This document shows, one piece after another, positions 12,761 through 26,889 of a stretch of DNA of 64,000 bases. How positions within the stretch are numbered: the stretch's first letter is position 1; every line of letters starts with the position of its first letter. Source of the stretch: Paramecium tetraurelia (taxonomy: Eukaryota); assembly GCA_000165425.1 (NCBI GenBank), contig CT868552.1:310001-374000 (forward strand). The letters run 5' to 3'. A model generated the notes under the pieces. The model was not told the origin of the DNA, searched no databases, and worked only from the letters and a program-made list of their open reading frames with translations. Made by a program: the position numbers and the translations under genes.

Positions 12761-13452
12761 ATGGATTACAATATGAAATTTGTAGAATTATTGAAGAAAC
12801 ATGAGAATCATCAGATGATACTTAAGGTGACATTGGATGTGATGCTTTAAGAGAAAAATTACAAAAGTCAACTTGTCAAATATAGAGATGAATTGAGAAG
12901 AGAAGATAAAATATTAGTAACCAAATGCACCAAAGCGTTAAAAGAATTGGCTATGAGATCATAGCAAGATTAAGTTAAAGCATTAGAGAAAATTAGCAAA
13001 ATCGACCAATAGATTATGCTTTATCTAAAGGATTAAGTATTACCTATCATTCACTTTGATAGAAAGTTAAACAATTACACTTTCATAAAGTACTACACTG
13101 ATCCAGGTATGATATTCATGTGTTAATAAAGAAAACTCAATCAATCCATAAGAAACCATCATTGAGACACAATACAAAGAAAATACAAATCTGGAATCTT
13201 TCGAGGCTGATTTCTCCAAGTTGGAGTGGAAGTTGGAAATTACTTTATCCAGCATCAAGATGAGAAAAGTAATCATTAATTTTGAGTCATGATTAGGTAA
13301 TTCGACCATTGATTCTTTTAATATTCCATACAAAAAAAGGAGTCAAGAAAACCATGTACTTAGATTACAATCAATTCTAAGAGTTCAGAAAGAATGTTGC
13401 CTTATGCTTAAGACAAATCCATATTATTGAGAGTATTTAAAGTAATTTTTGA
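12761..13452 (+). CDS. COMM-domain protein, COMMD5-like
   Basis: After two introns the C-terminus reads LEWKLEITLSSIKMRKVIRPLILLIF...FQEFRKNVALCLRQI, a COMM domain (W and P conserved) resembling COMMD5 FQELRYSVALVLKEM. Confidence 0.75.
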
Positions 13453-13475
13453 ATTGATTATTTTAATTATAATTA

Positions 13476-14345
13476 ATGTTTCTGGAGGTAAAATTTCCTT
13501 GCGGAAGGTATGATTTCAATCAAGATACCAAGAAAGTAGTTATTGTGAAAGCAAAAGGATTGCTCAATTTGTATTTGAATGAAGAGAATGAATTGTGGTT
13601 GAAGTGGTATAATGTGGATCTAGATAATAAATTAGAAATTGTATTGAAATAATTTAAAGTAAATTAGGAAAGAGTCTTGATTAAAGGCTGCACTTTTTTC
13701 GAAAAAGTTAAAGGCTAGAACAGAGTGTACCTCCTTAGATTTACAGACGATGACTATAAATACTTCTTTTGGATGCAAGTAATCATGAGCATATACTTAG
13801 TCTGACGATCCAAGTTTGGATGAAAATTATTGTAAGCAATTTAACAATGTTATCAATGCTTAAGTGTTGGATGATCCTATGGAAATTGAACAACAGCCTC
13901 CAGTTTAAACTATAACATAATAATAATCTCATCCATAACCTCCACAATAAATGGACCTATAATAATAATAACTTTTGCAATTACTTCAATAGTAACTAAC
14001 ATCCAGAATTGGTCCAGGACTATCATTAACTGATCTTCTTACAACTGAATTTTTGACTCAAATTGCCAAGGACCAAGAATACTTTGAGGCTTTAAAAGAG
14101 TAAGAAATATTGTTTATTCGAGACACTTACCTCCTGATTAATAGAACTTAGAATAATTTAGAGAAAATCTACTGAGTCCTCAATTTAAATAGGCATTGGA
14201 TCAATTGACTCATGCTTTAAAGGGAAGGGAGAGGAGTTCTGTCATTTAGCAGTTAGACTTGGATTACAGAATATTGGAGTAGGAATTCGATGGAGTTATA
14301 GCTTTTGTGAAGGCAATTATAAGAAAGGCTTAAAATAAAAATTGA
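13476..14345 (+). CDS. RPN13: Proteasome ubiquitin receptor Rpn13/ADRM1
   Basis: Pru domain (KGLLNLY...LKW...FEKV...RVYLLRF...YFFWMQ) and C-terminal DEUBAD (HLPP...SPQFKQALDQLTHAL). Three introns. Confidence 0.9.
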
Positions 14346-14386
14346 TATTATACAAATTTATAATGGATTCAAAATTCTTATGTTAA

Positions 14387-14966
14387 TCAATATAGATGTT
14401 TTGCTAGTTGCTATTAAAATTGATGGTTTGTTTAGGATATTTATTCAATTAGAATCCTATCTAATTAGGCTAACTCTAACTGTTTTTCCTTAATTTTAGA
14501 TTCAATTAATTCTAATTCTTCAACTTCCTAAAACTCAAAATTGTGGGCGTACTTTTGATAGTTTGTGCAATTTCTCATCGTAAATGGCCTCTTTAAGGGC
14601 TGACTCATTTGATTGTCTTATGATTTCATATAAAGGCAATCCCAAGACGCAGATATAAATGAATACATCTGAGAATAGATCAGTGCCTATTTCAATATTA
14701 ATTGATCAACAACCTTTCATAAATGCAGTTTCATCTGTTAAGGGTTTAATGAAAAATTGCTAATTTGATTGACCAATAGAGACTCTTTCCAAATATACAT
14801 CTAATGCATTGTATCTATTTCCTAAAAATATAAAGCCATTTCTGACTATCCTCCTTCCAAAAGATCTGTTATTGCTATTATTCAGAGCGTATCTCTTGAT
14901 AAAATTGGCAACTGGTTTAGAGAATGTACGTATAAAAAGTGATGCTAATTTTTTAAATGGAATCAT
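14387..14966 (-). CDS. OPA3-like mitochondrial protein
   Basis: MIPFKKLASLFIRTFSKPVANFIK...IKPLTDETAFMKGTDLFSDVFIY matches the OPA3 domain; coiled-coil tail. Two introns. Confidence 0.85.
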
Positions 14967-14974
14967 AATAATTA

Positions 14975-15914
14975 ATGTCTGATTTATATAAAATTAATAA
15001 AAAAATATCACAGGGTGCTTTTGGAACTGTTTATGAGGGCATCAACGTGAAAACTGGAGAAATAGTAGCCATTAAGCAATTGTTTTGTAATAAGAAAGTA
15101 CTGAGAGAAGTTCATTTGCATGAAAAGATGAATCATAAAAATGTTATCAAAGTATATTAGTACCAAGTTCTCGATCAATAATGTTCCATCTATATGGAAT
15201 ATTGCTAATATGATTTACACTAATTCATACAAAGCACTCTCTACCCTCTGGATGCTGAAGTAATCAGGAATATAGCATATCAAATTCTATGTGGGATAGA
15301 ACACATCCATTCACGCTAGGTAGTTCATCGAGATCTCAAACCATCCAATATTATGTTGCATGAGGGAATCATCAAGATCGGAGATTTTGGCTCAGCAGAA
15401 CATTTGAGTAAATTGGATCAAAATGGCCAATATTCTACAGAAGGCTTCTCCAAATGGTATATGGCACCAGAAATGTTATTTGGCAAAAGAGATTATGGAA
15501 CTGAAGTAGACATTTGGTCATTTGGGTGTATTTATGCTGAACTCCTCACTGGATTACCGTTATTCACTGGCAAAGGAGAAATTGATTAAATCATTCACAT
15601 TGGTAATGTCTTAGGATCACCCACTGAAGACAACTGGCCCAAAGTTAAGGAATTGCCAGATCAAGGAAAGATTAAGTATTAAATAAACTAATTTCAGCTT
15701 TCAACATGTCAGACCCAAATCCTTCTTTGAATATTTTGATTTGGCTGATGATGATCAAATTAACTTTCTCCAAGCAACCTTAAAGTATCAGGATCGACCT
15801 ACTGCTTCTGAATTATTGAAACACAAATATTTTAATAAGATAAATGAAAACTTCAAAATCAATGCTGAATGTCTTCCTAAAGAATAATATAATCCTTATT
15901 ATAAATATATTTGA
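14975..15914 (+). CDS. CDK-family kinase, CDK20/CCRK-like
   Basis: QGAFG, VAIK, LRE, HRDLKPSN, DFG, WYMAPEMLFGKRDY, PLFTGKGEIDQ, LGSPTEDNWPKVKELPDQGKI (CDK20-like LPDYxKI). One intron. Confidence 0.88.
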
Positions 15915-16105
15915 AATATTAATTTAATCAATAATGCAATTATATTTCACTAATACGATGAAAATAAATACATTGTAATTAATAAGATTCATAAAACCTT
16001 TATTACAAATTTCTATAATTTACATTTATATATTTCATTAAATATTAATTTGAAACATTATAATAAGTTAAAATAAGATATAAATTGATATATATATTAA
16101 ATAAA

Positions 16106-19100
16106 TCAAACTTCTTCACTTCTTTGAGAGGTCTAAATAGATTATAATTAAAATACCTGAAATTGTTAATCGGATCTTTCGGTTCCTTTTTAACTCTCTT
16201 CTTCTGGAATTAATGGAGTATTAAGTTACACTTGAGATGTCTTAATTATTGTAGTGGCAGTTAAAAATTTGGTTGCGGTGTTTTCACCAGAAGAGTATGA
16301 CTTTTTGATTTCAGCATCATTAAATTTTTCTAGTAATTCTTAATTCTTTTTATTCAATTGTTCTTATGTTTTCTCATATTATTTTTTGGCAGAAGCTAAT
16401 TAGATCTATAAATCCTCATTCTCTCTCTTCAAAGCATTTATATAATCAATTTTCGAACTCAAAGAAGCTTACACTTCTTGTAAATCGTGAGATACTTTTG
16501 CATTATCTCTAGTTAATGAATCAATCTTCCTATTTAACTCATCTTATTCGCTTCTTCTTTTTTTCATTAAATTATCAGTCTATTAAAGTTCTTAATCTTT
16601 AAGTTCGATATCTTGATTCAATTTATCTATTTATCTTTCTAATTGTTTTTTCTCTGTGCCAAATTTAATTTGTTTTTATTCTAACAAATGTAATTCTTCT
16701 GTTTGCTCATTATACTTTCTTTATAAGGAAGTATACTCTTCATTAGAAATATAATCCTAATTAAGTTAATTTTTAAGTTATTCAATTTCTTTTGATTTTT
16801 CGTCCAATAAATCTTCAAGTTCTCTTCTCTCTTTAAGAAGCTGATTCTACCTTAATTAAAGAGCTTCTAGTTCTATTTCTAAAACTCTAATTTTATCTTA
16901 AGCAGCATTCTAAAATTAAAACTTAATTACATACCAACTCTGCTTGATATTTCAAATCTGATTCTTTTCTCTCATATTCTGTTCTCTAATAATATTCCAA
17001 TTTCAAATTAGTCTCCTCAATATATTGATTAAATTATTCTCTTAAATCCTCACACTTTTGAGCTTGCTCTTCCACTTCTTTTTCTTTATTTTAGCCTTTC
17101 TCTTATAAACTCTACACTTGTTCTTACAATGTCTCTCTTATGCTTTAATATTCACTTTGTCTTTGTTGAGTGGTATCCATAAGTTATTTTAAGTTGGTTA
17201 TTTCCTGGACATATTGATGTTCCCTTCTTCTAAATTCATCCTAACTTTATTGTGTAATTAACTCTTATTATCGAACTCTATTGTTTGTAGTATCCAACTC
17301 ACTTTGATACTATTACAATTCATATTCTCTTTAATTCATTTGTTATTTTAATTGTTATATCTTATTTTCTAACCCAAGTTCTTTCTTAACAAATTAAGCC
17401 CTATCACTTTCATTTTGTTATTTTTGATCCTCAATTTCCTAACTAAGTTATTAATTTTACTCCCTTAATTCTTATATTATGGAATCAAATTACTCAAATT
17501 TCTATTTTTATACAGTCAACTGAGAGTTGATGTTATTTCTTTCATTTTAAAGTTATTGCAATTAAAATTCTTTTTATTATAACTTCTATTCTAATTCCTG
17601 CCTTCCTTATTCATTCTTAAACTCTTATTGTATCTATTAAGTCTCCAAATCATTTAATTTTTATTTCAACTATTTAATTTATTATTCTAAGAGACTCTTT
17701 TCATTTCCTAATTTTATTTGTGATAAGTTTTATTCTCTTTAAAGATTATCTATTTCACTTTGATATTATTGTATTTCCTAATCCTTAAGTTTTTCTACAT
17801 TGTCTAATTTTAATGTCAATCCATCAATTTCTCCTTACTTTTAAGATAAATTAAGTTTTTATTGATGTATGATTTCATCCTTTTATTTGATAGTTTATTC
17901 TTATTATTGAAGATCATTTTTTAAATCATTGATCTAATCCTATAATTATCGAATTTCATATTATTATTTAGCCTTTGAGTTCTTGAGATCATTTTCATAT
18001 TCTAACTTAACTTACTTTTGAATTTCTTGAGATTAAGATTTCACCAATTCAATTTCAGTTTTAAAATCATTGATTATTTAATTTAATCTCTAAATCTCAT
18101 TCTATTAATTTTAGCTTTTCTACTAAGTATCTAATTACAATTATCTCAATTTTGAGAATTCATTTTAATATTCCTGCAATTCACTATCCTTGATTCTCTT
18201 ATAATGTTCATGGTCCTGAACGAAAATTCTCAATTCGGATTCTATCGCCTATTACTTCTGTTATAACTATCGATTCTCTTCATGCTTTTAGTTAATCTTT
18301 CCTTCAAAATCTATCAATCTCTAAGTTAAAGTTCTTATTTGGGACTCATAATTCAATCTTTCGGCCTAAAATTTCATAGTGACTTCCTTAACTTCCCTCT
18401 CAACTTAAGATTTCCTCATATACTCATAATGAGATTTCAATTCGTTAAGTGTTGTTTAATGATTTTTATCTTGTAGCATTAATCTATCTCTTTGAGAGTC
18501 TGACTCTCTCAATAGTTCTTGTTATTAGGCTTTAATTTCTTCTAAAAGCCTTTATAATCGAGCATTTTCTTCAGATAATTTATCTTTTTCTATTTTGAAA
18601 TCATTAAACGTAATATTCTAATAATTTAATTCATTCATTTATTATTCGAATTAACTTAGTAATCGATTATATTTCTATTGTTCCTATTGTAGTAAATCAT
18701 TCAATCTAGCAATATTGTTACCATGTTGCACTTAAATTTCTTTGATTTGGATTTCGTAATTAATGCGAATAGAACTATCAGTCGCAAGCTTTAATTCCTC
18801 TTAATCTCTTGCATTCTTGGCTTAAAGCTCTTTAATGTATTGTCTTAAATTATCAATTTCAATAGATTTGGAATCATTTGACTATTTTAACATTCCCATA
18901 TCTTTTTGTTGTTGAAACATCTGTTGAATATAATTATAATCATACTTTGGATTCTAATTCGAAATACTTTTGTTCCAATCTTAATAATTCCTAAGTCTAT
19001 GCATTGATTTCCTCATTCTTGTTCTAGATTAACAATTTATGCTATTAGATATTCATTATTTCTGTATTCAGCTTTTATTCTAAACACTTAGTTTGTAACT

Positions 19101-19573
19101 CAAAATCAATAATTATTTAGTTGTATTTTTATTGATCTGAAAACAATTGACTTTATAATGATCCATTCTCCTGACTTAACTTCATTAATCGAACTTCGTA
19201 TGAATCTATCAATTTATGGTTCTCAGACTTTTAGAATTGAGGAGAAATATCTCTTTGGTAAGTTGACTTTATGATGGGAGAATACGATGTTTCAGCTAAT
19301 ATTGATGATCATATAGAAATATACCTCTTTCATATTTTTGAGATATGCCTGATTTTGCTACATCATAGGAACTCTTAATCCGAGATCTATTTTCACTTTA
19401 AATGATATTGATTATATATTTACGAAGGAATCGGACTATCTTTTGGACAGAGCTATCTTGCCTATTCATCATTTTTAATGTGATGGGCAGGTTGATTGTT
19501 AGGTACATTTGAATTATCAATCTCCTACTTGTAACGAGATTACTACAAAGGAGCCTAATTAGAAATCGACCAT
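16106..19573 (-). CDS. Long coiled-coil (Q/E/K-rich) protein
   Basis: About 3.4 kb minus-strand heptad-rich frame with several tiny introns, ending SQRSEEV*. Start is approximate. Confidence 0.75.
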
Positions 19574-19898
19574 CTATTATTCATTTAACAGAAATATGAT
19601 TGAAATTTGTTGTTAAATTATTAATTTTCTGTCTGCTTCTGAAATCAAAAACAAAAAACAATATTAATTACTCATCAGAAATATACCTTCTTTATACTAT
19701 TTGGAATCAATAATTGATATATCGCTCTAAACACAAAATTTTGAATTACAAAATTATTACTTATTATATTCTTCATTATTTATTACATTCATACTAATAG
19801 TTATAACTTAAGCATAAATTAAAATATAAATAAAATAATGGAGTATGATCTATTTGATCTTCTAAAATGATATATTTTTATTAGTTTAATTATATTTA

Positions 19899-21452
19899 TC
19901 ATTTTTTTTTAATAATTGATTTAACTCTATTTTTAACAGTAGCTATTAATTATTTATTTTCTGTTTATAGCCTATACAATTCCGAATTATTTTGATATTA
20001 TTTTCTCTTATTATTATTGTAATGATCATCCAATTTGATTTTCTATTATTGGCACGGATATATCTTCTCAAAATTTTATAACAGAACTTTAGTAATATCT
20101 GATTTGGTGGATTATGAATTAGTATGGTGAAAAACTCTTTATTTCTAAGGAGACTTTTTTGGTTATGTTTTTACTTTGTTACTTATATTATTTGAATAAA
20201 CTTGAATCAGCTATTAATTCTTTTTTGAAGGAGAGCCTTCATTTTGAAAAGTGAATTAACTTGATGGATGTATTGGAATGTGTTTTACATAATTAATTAA
20301 TTTATCTTAACTTTATCGATCTTATCCATTTAAGTTAATTTAACCTAGACGTATCTATTCAGTATTTAATTATTCAGATGAAATACTTCTAGTGCTAGTA
20401 ATAAAATGAGTGTTGCTTCGTTTTCCTTGAGCATTAATATAGTAGTTTTAATCTATTTCATTTTTATTTTTGAAAATATTTTGAATTTTAACTTTATTTT
20501 ATTGAGATAATGTTAAGATTTTCTATTTCATTATCGATTTAAATTCGCATTCTTCTTGACTATTGTTAATGTGTTGTTGAGAGGAGGACTTTTGAGTTGG
20601 GTTAATTCTTTCTGGAGATTAATTTTAAGAATTTCGAATATTTGATACAGTTTTTCCTTTTAATAGGTGAAAGGGTAAATTTAACTTAATCTTTTCCCTA
20701 GAATGATTTTAAACAAGTTTTTTGAGTAATTTAAGATTTTATGGAGCATAATTCTTATTTATTTAGGGAACCCTTAATTCATATTACTGCATTGTCAACC
20801 ACGTTTCATCAATATTCTATTGAAAATAATCTACTTAATACTTACAATCTAAACATCATTGTTTTAAATTTTGAAAAACTCATTTAAAATAGACTTAGTG
20901 GACTGCTCAGTAAACTTTGTTATACTATTTAAAACTTAAATGTCCTAATTCAACTTTTCATATTCTAATGTTTTTATGCGAATATTTAGTACATGTACTT
21001 TAACTAGATTCCTCATAAGGAATTCCAAGCATTTTCTTAATTCTTCTATATTCGAATCTTCTATTGAATAATTATTAACAATTTTATATACTTTTTCTTC
21101 TCGAAGAATGAGATAGCTATTTCGGCTAAGACTCCAAAGAAGATTCGAGGCAGGTTATAATGATATCTATAGTAATCCAGTAAGGATTATAATTTTTAGG
21201 GTTGTTGACCTCTTGGATAGAATCTTGATTCAATAAAATGAACCTATACCTTTTCAGATATTCATCATCATCTTGTAAATGCAAATGATCTTTAAAATCA
21301 ATTACCCACTTGGCTGGTGTTTTAGCAAAAAAGTCTTCAAAATTTTTGGACTTTTTTGATGAATATTTAGTGTACAATGCCTGCTCATTGTTTAATTATT
21401 GATACACTATTGATTAATTATGGATAAACATGTTTGACATTTGAAGTTCCAT
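19899..21452 (-). CDS. Hypothetical protein with low-complexity Q/S/N-rich C-terminal half
   Basis: ATG at 21452 is in frame with track ORF 21126-21377. The distal frame ends VKSIIKKK*. Confidence 0.65.
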
Positions 21453-21527
21453 TAGTATTTAAACAAAATTGACACTGCGTCTAATTCATAACTGATTATA
21501 ATAAATTTTGTATAAAATATATTAAAA

Positions 21528-24500
21528 TCAATTACTTCCTTTGACTCTAGTTATTGGCCTTTCCAAAAGAGCATAAGTTTATACTTGCCTAGTACCCTAG
21601 ATAAAATAATAAAAATGATGATACTTTCTCCTCATTTTTGTAACCAGCAGACTATTTTTGACCAAATTCAGTGTAGTATTTTCCACTGAATCTTTCCATC
21701 AACTACATGTCTCTGTAAAACAGAACAACAGTTTGGTTTCCATCATTGCCTGCTTATCTTAGATACCCCTTAAATTTAGATCAAAAATTGTACTCTATAG
21801 ATAATATAATCGTCAAGACTAATAGCTATTTCGTGCACACCTCTTGCGGGAGTTTTGGTGTAATTCCAAAAGACGATGCAGCCTAAAGCAAAAGGTTGTT
21901 CTGAGCCGAAATAGAGACTATTAATTTGGGGATCTTGAGAATGATCAAAGCATCTATTAGTGAATGGGGCTAACCACATATGAGTGTCATTTTGAGTTTC
22001 ATTGATTCCATCTAAGAGATTCTCCACTACTCTTTTATCTCCTCTCATTGATTAAAGGATTCTAACCGACGATGGCTCTGCTCCTATATTGCCTTAAACT
22101 TGTCTTCCCTTGTAATCTAGGATTTCTAAACCATTCAATCCAATATAGTGGATATCTCCAAAAGTAGTTATCAATTAGATCTTGAGTTCATGTCCAACCA
22201 TTAAGTTATTGATTTCATATTCGCATCTTAATTACTTTTAGACTTGAGTGGTTTCTTCAAACACATATTCCTTGGATGGTATAGTAATGGTTTAGGCATA
22301 ATCATAGGTATCACAACCAGGAGCTCTCTTTAATGCGATGCAATTGGAAATAATTCCTTAGTCATTCTATAAACTGATAAACTTAGCACCTCTAAAGGTG
22401 TCATCATAAGATTTATTGTAATTCCAAATTCTAATTGAGGTGATTAATTGAGGGATGTCGAATGTAAATGTTAGTGTGATACACCTTCCTGGCTGAAAGG
22501 GAAGGATGTACATATTCATATCATTTGTAGTTACATTGATCCCATTTATGAGACTGACTATGTTTCCTTTGTCTCCATCACTTTGGTAGTCTGATTTAAT
22601 ATTTTTTACTTATATTTTTCCCTCCTTACCTAAATAGATAAATAAATCAATACCATAAATCTCAACTCCAGTCAATCCAATATAGGGTTGATCTGCCCAA
22701 GGTCTTAATAATTTGATTTATAAATATCTACAAATTATACCATTTGAGTTCTGATTAACTAATGCTCTTTAAATTTATTATTTCTCTTGTCTCTGTTGTG
22801 TTTGCTCTTACTATCTGGCTTATTTAACTAAATAATTATGGGATCATATTACTTTCATTCTATAGATTAGTCACTTTGGCCGATGTCGTTGGTCTTACTT
22901 CTGAATCTGCATTTCCAGTATTTGGTCTTTCGTTTTGATAATCATGTTAAATAGTTTAGAATTCCTAAGAATTTATCCAATCATTTTTGGCTATTTATGA
23001 GATGACATTTTCATCACTTGTGAATAAAAAGAGTTCAAAGGGTTGCTCATTCTAATTGATGACTCTTTATAAATTCATATTTCCGAAACCCTTCTTGATA
23101 TCTCCTCTAAACACAATTTGATTATCAAAGAATAAACTTATATCTTTGGCTCCTCTAAAACTATGGATTCTGCTCTTATTATAGTTCCATATTCGAATCA
23201 TACTAATTTTCTTCTTATCATTCAGATCAATAGTAATCTTATTAATCTTCCCTCTCTAAAAGGGACTCAACCATACATGCATATCAGATTGAGTATAGTA
23301 TACTCCATCGACTAACTTATCAGGTGTTCTAGGGTCATTGAAATATTCTGGCAACACATTGATGTCACTAGGGTCAGCCTTGACTTAACTGTATGGATCT
23401 GAAATCTCAATTTATTTTCCTGCTTCATTGAATATTTCAATTCCATTTAAACCTACATAATATTTATCTCCCCAAGTGGAATGTATATGGATTGTAATGA
23501 CTCGTACTTGTGGAAGAGTCGGCAAAGACACCTGCTTCTTGGCCTTTTTTACTGGAGCCTAATTAATTAATGGCTAATTAAGCAACTCCTTAATGAGTTA
23601 GGCATTTTCTTATGTTTACTGTCGATAGTTGTTTTTATTTGGCTATTAGATAATTTATGAAGGAATCTATTATTAAGATGGGGTTTCCCATTTGGATAAT
23701 TGTGGTTTCTATTAGATATTATTAGGTCGTTGTTAGCCTTTAAAGAAAAAGTCAAGAGCATCAACTTCTTCGTATTTTGGTATGGGTGCAGGGTCTTCAA
23801 TGATGTCCTACCGTTAAACCGGCTTTAACCTACCTTATTATGTAATATTGAAATATTGAAGAGTTTCTTCAAGGTAATCTTGAGTGGGTTATGGATTATC
23901 TCTTCTTCTTCTGGGTTCTATATTTTGTTATTGATTAGTTTAATTATTATTAGGTTGTTGTGTCTACTCAACCTTCTTATCAGTTTTCCCAGTATCTAAA
24001 CGTTCCCCCTTAAATACATCCACTACTATGGGTCCTTTTCCTTTTCTTGAAGGAGGAGGTTTAGAATCCTCTAACTTTTCCTACTTTTTTTCTATCACAT
24101 CTGATTAATCAATTTAACCTCTGAGTTTTTGTGCAAATTTGGATTGAGTGTTTTAAAGATTTGAGAATTTGAAATTATCAATAATTTGAATTTCTGTTCC
24201 ATAATCATCAATTTCAAAACCAGTACCTTTTTTAATTTCCACAATTTTAGAAATGACTTTACCATTCTATCTACACAATATTTCCATGTCTCTTACTCCT
24301 TTAACACTATCAATCAAACTCTTATTGTAGTTGTAAACTTTGATCCCACCTAGCATCACATCATCATCATATGAGATTTCGATGTCAATAGTTTTGGGAG
24401 GATCAGGCATACTTCCTAACCACATATTGACAGCATCTTTGGTTAAGAATTTGCCATTGATAAGGATTTCTGGCAATTTGAGAGACTATGCATTGCTCAT

Positions 24501-25834
24501 TTTAATGTTATATGGTTTAAGTTAGACTTTATTGCCATCAGTAGCATATAGTTCTATTTCAGTGAGACCTACCAGGCTTGGATTACCCCAAGTGGACAGT
24601 ATCCTCATTTTTAACTAAGAATTCTTATCAATCAACAAATCAGTATTTTTCTCGATTATAATTTAGGCTTTTTCTTCCTTTACAAATTCTTATTACATCT
24701 GAATAATGTTATTTATGCTCTTATTTCGCTTCTTGGTTTCAATTTATGGCATTTATAATGCAGGTTAGTTATTGTTGGATATTTATTGAGGAATGGTCAA
24801 TTGTACTTACTCTTTGGGCTTATTTTCAATAATTTATAATTCTTTTTATTACTTTTATTATTTGATAGGCATTTCATGTGATAGTTTTTGTTAGCTCTAT
24901 TCATTTTGCATTTCTGATCTGTCAGTCTTTTCCTCCAAATTGATGGTATTCTTATTCAAGAAAAAAATGAGTTTTTATTTCTCATTACTAGAAAGCTTTT
25001 CGATTTTTTCAAACAACTCCTCAAGTTGATCCTTTGGCTTTTCTTGAGGCTTCTGGCTTTGTGAAGTTTGAGGAGCTTTGAAGGAATTGTTATCATTTTT
25101 AATATCCTCTTGTTTGGTTACAGAATTGGCCCTCAATTGAGGTTTGGAAGCATATTGCTTGGTTTCTGGTTTAGTCAAGGGGGGAGGTTTGATTTCAGAG
25201 GAAGGTTGTCTGACTTATTGGGGCAATTGCTATTGAGATTAGCCATGTTCTGAGATGGCACTGATTGGTCTGGGTTTGGTAGCAGGTAAATTGACAACTT
25301 GTATAACTTTTTAAGGCTATGATTATTGAACAACTGGTTGGATTTGAGGTTTAGTGTTTTCAAAGTCATCCCTATAGGCTTCCTCATCATGGTCTTCTCC
25401 TTCAGACTAACACAACTTGGTTATTCAAATTTTTAATTACATCTTCTTCTTCTTAAATTTATTGCTCGTCCAATTCATCATTATCGCTATCCAACATTTG
25501 TGAAAAATGTGGGTCATATCTATGATCAATGGGTGTGTCTTTCTGCAATTTTTCAAGCAAATCCTATTAAGATTTGCTGAGCACATTACCTGAATTAATG
25601 ATGCCCAATACCTTACACTAATGACTTCCTCAAGACCTCCAAATCATCATGATCAAGAGTGCCAATCTTCTAGGATTGACTATGTTCATCATTCCATTTC
25701 TTAACGCCCCTGGTTTTTAACTTCAATTGATTTTTGTTCTTCTAATTAACCCTATCCTTGTTAGCCCCAGAGATAAAAGTATCAAAACCCTTCTCCCGCA
25801 ATTGTTATTATTATTTCTTTTATTATGGTTTCAT
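21528..25834 (-). CDS. KATNIP: Katanin-interacting protein (KIAA0556/DUF4457) homolog
   Basis: N-terminal REKGFDTFISGAN. Repeated modules: STWGNPSLVGLTEIELY; STWGDKYYVGLNGIEIF...DPRTPDKLVDG...HVWLSPF; IRIWNYNKSRIHSFRGAKD; WNYTKTPARGV. Confidence 0.9.
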
Positions 25835-25952
25835 TTTAAGTTCTTATTTATTATTTATGAATTAAATTTTTTATGCTGTCTAGCAACTTACTAAAGAGCA
25901 AGTCCTTGAAATCAAAGATTAAATGCTACCCCCAATAACCCATATTCCTTGA

Positions 25953-26756
25953 ATGAAGTTTAAAATAATTAAACAGGATTAAAATTGTGAAATCAATCTA
26001 TCTCCACTTCTGTAATACTATCTACTTCCACCATAACATTTTCATAAAACCATAAATATTTAGCAAATTCAATATCCTTGCATTCAATTAACTACACTAA
26101 TTTTAAATCTAATTAGACCATAAATTAATCAAATTTGCATTTCTCTTATGAGCTTAAGAAATGAATACTCCCATAATAATTAAAGGATAACTTTAAATAT
26201 CACTCAGACCACTAGCCTTGCTTGTCCTCTCTTCTTCTGCTAAATATTAATCCTATTCTGGATGTAAAAACTTAAGATTTTTTTGGATAGTCAATAATAA
26301 GAGTGATAAACCTTAGATCTATTGTTTACCTACGCTTAACATTTAACTTGAATATTAATATTTTTCAAAATATCTCTAGGAGAAATACAATTTTCCTATG
26401 ATTACTATTATTCCTACTAATATTCATATCAAAATACCTCAATAGATTTGATGAAACACAAATGATTCAGGAAAGAATTTACAAAATCCCTAAAATAACC
26501 AAAGATACATCTAGCATTCTAAAAATAGATCTACTTCTAATATTTTTTATGGTAGAATTCCAATTAAAATTAACCTACTAGTTTATGAATATGGATAAGC
26601 TTTGGATAAATAATCAGGATGGTTTAGAATATTGTATTAATCAAGAATATAAGTTGTTACATATCGAAGAAGAGTTTAATATAAATTCAAGTTTTGACGA
26701 ATTGGATGATTTGAAAATAGATATCAAAAAACTACAAAATAGGATTTTGCAATGAA
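25953..26756 (+). pseudogene. Fragmented coding-like segment (possible decaying gene)
   Basis: Two partial frames (MKFKIIKQDQNCE... and ...QEYKLLHIEEEFNINSSFDELDDLKIDIKKLQNRILQ*) that I could not join with a canonical tiny intron. Confidence 0.35.
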
Positions 26757-26889
26757 CGTAGTAAGTTTTATCAAATAGGAAGGAGTGCAATTGCAATGAT
26801 CTCATTGACTCTAACACCTTGAATATTGAAAGAATTAAAAGAAATATGTGAGTTATATTGTTTATAATTAAATATATTAAATAATTGAA

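Noticed and set aside
16106..19573. Repetitive-looking TTA/TTC-rich sequence as a tandem array or CRISPR
   Set aside because: Explained by Gln/Glu/Lys codons of a coiled-coil protein; no fixed repeat-spacer unit.
21528..25834. Internally repeated WG..VGL..IE modules as a novel repeat system
   Set aside because: These are the known repeated DUF4457 domains of KATNIP.
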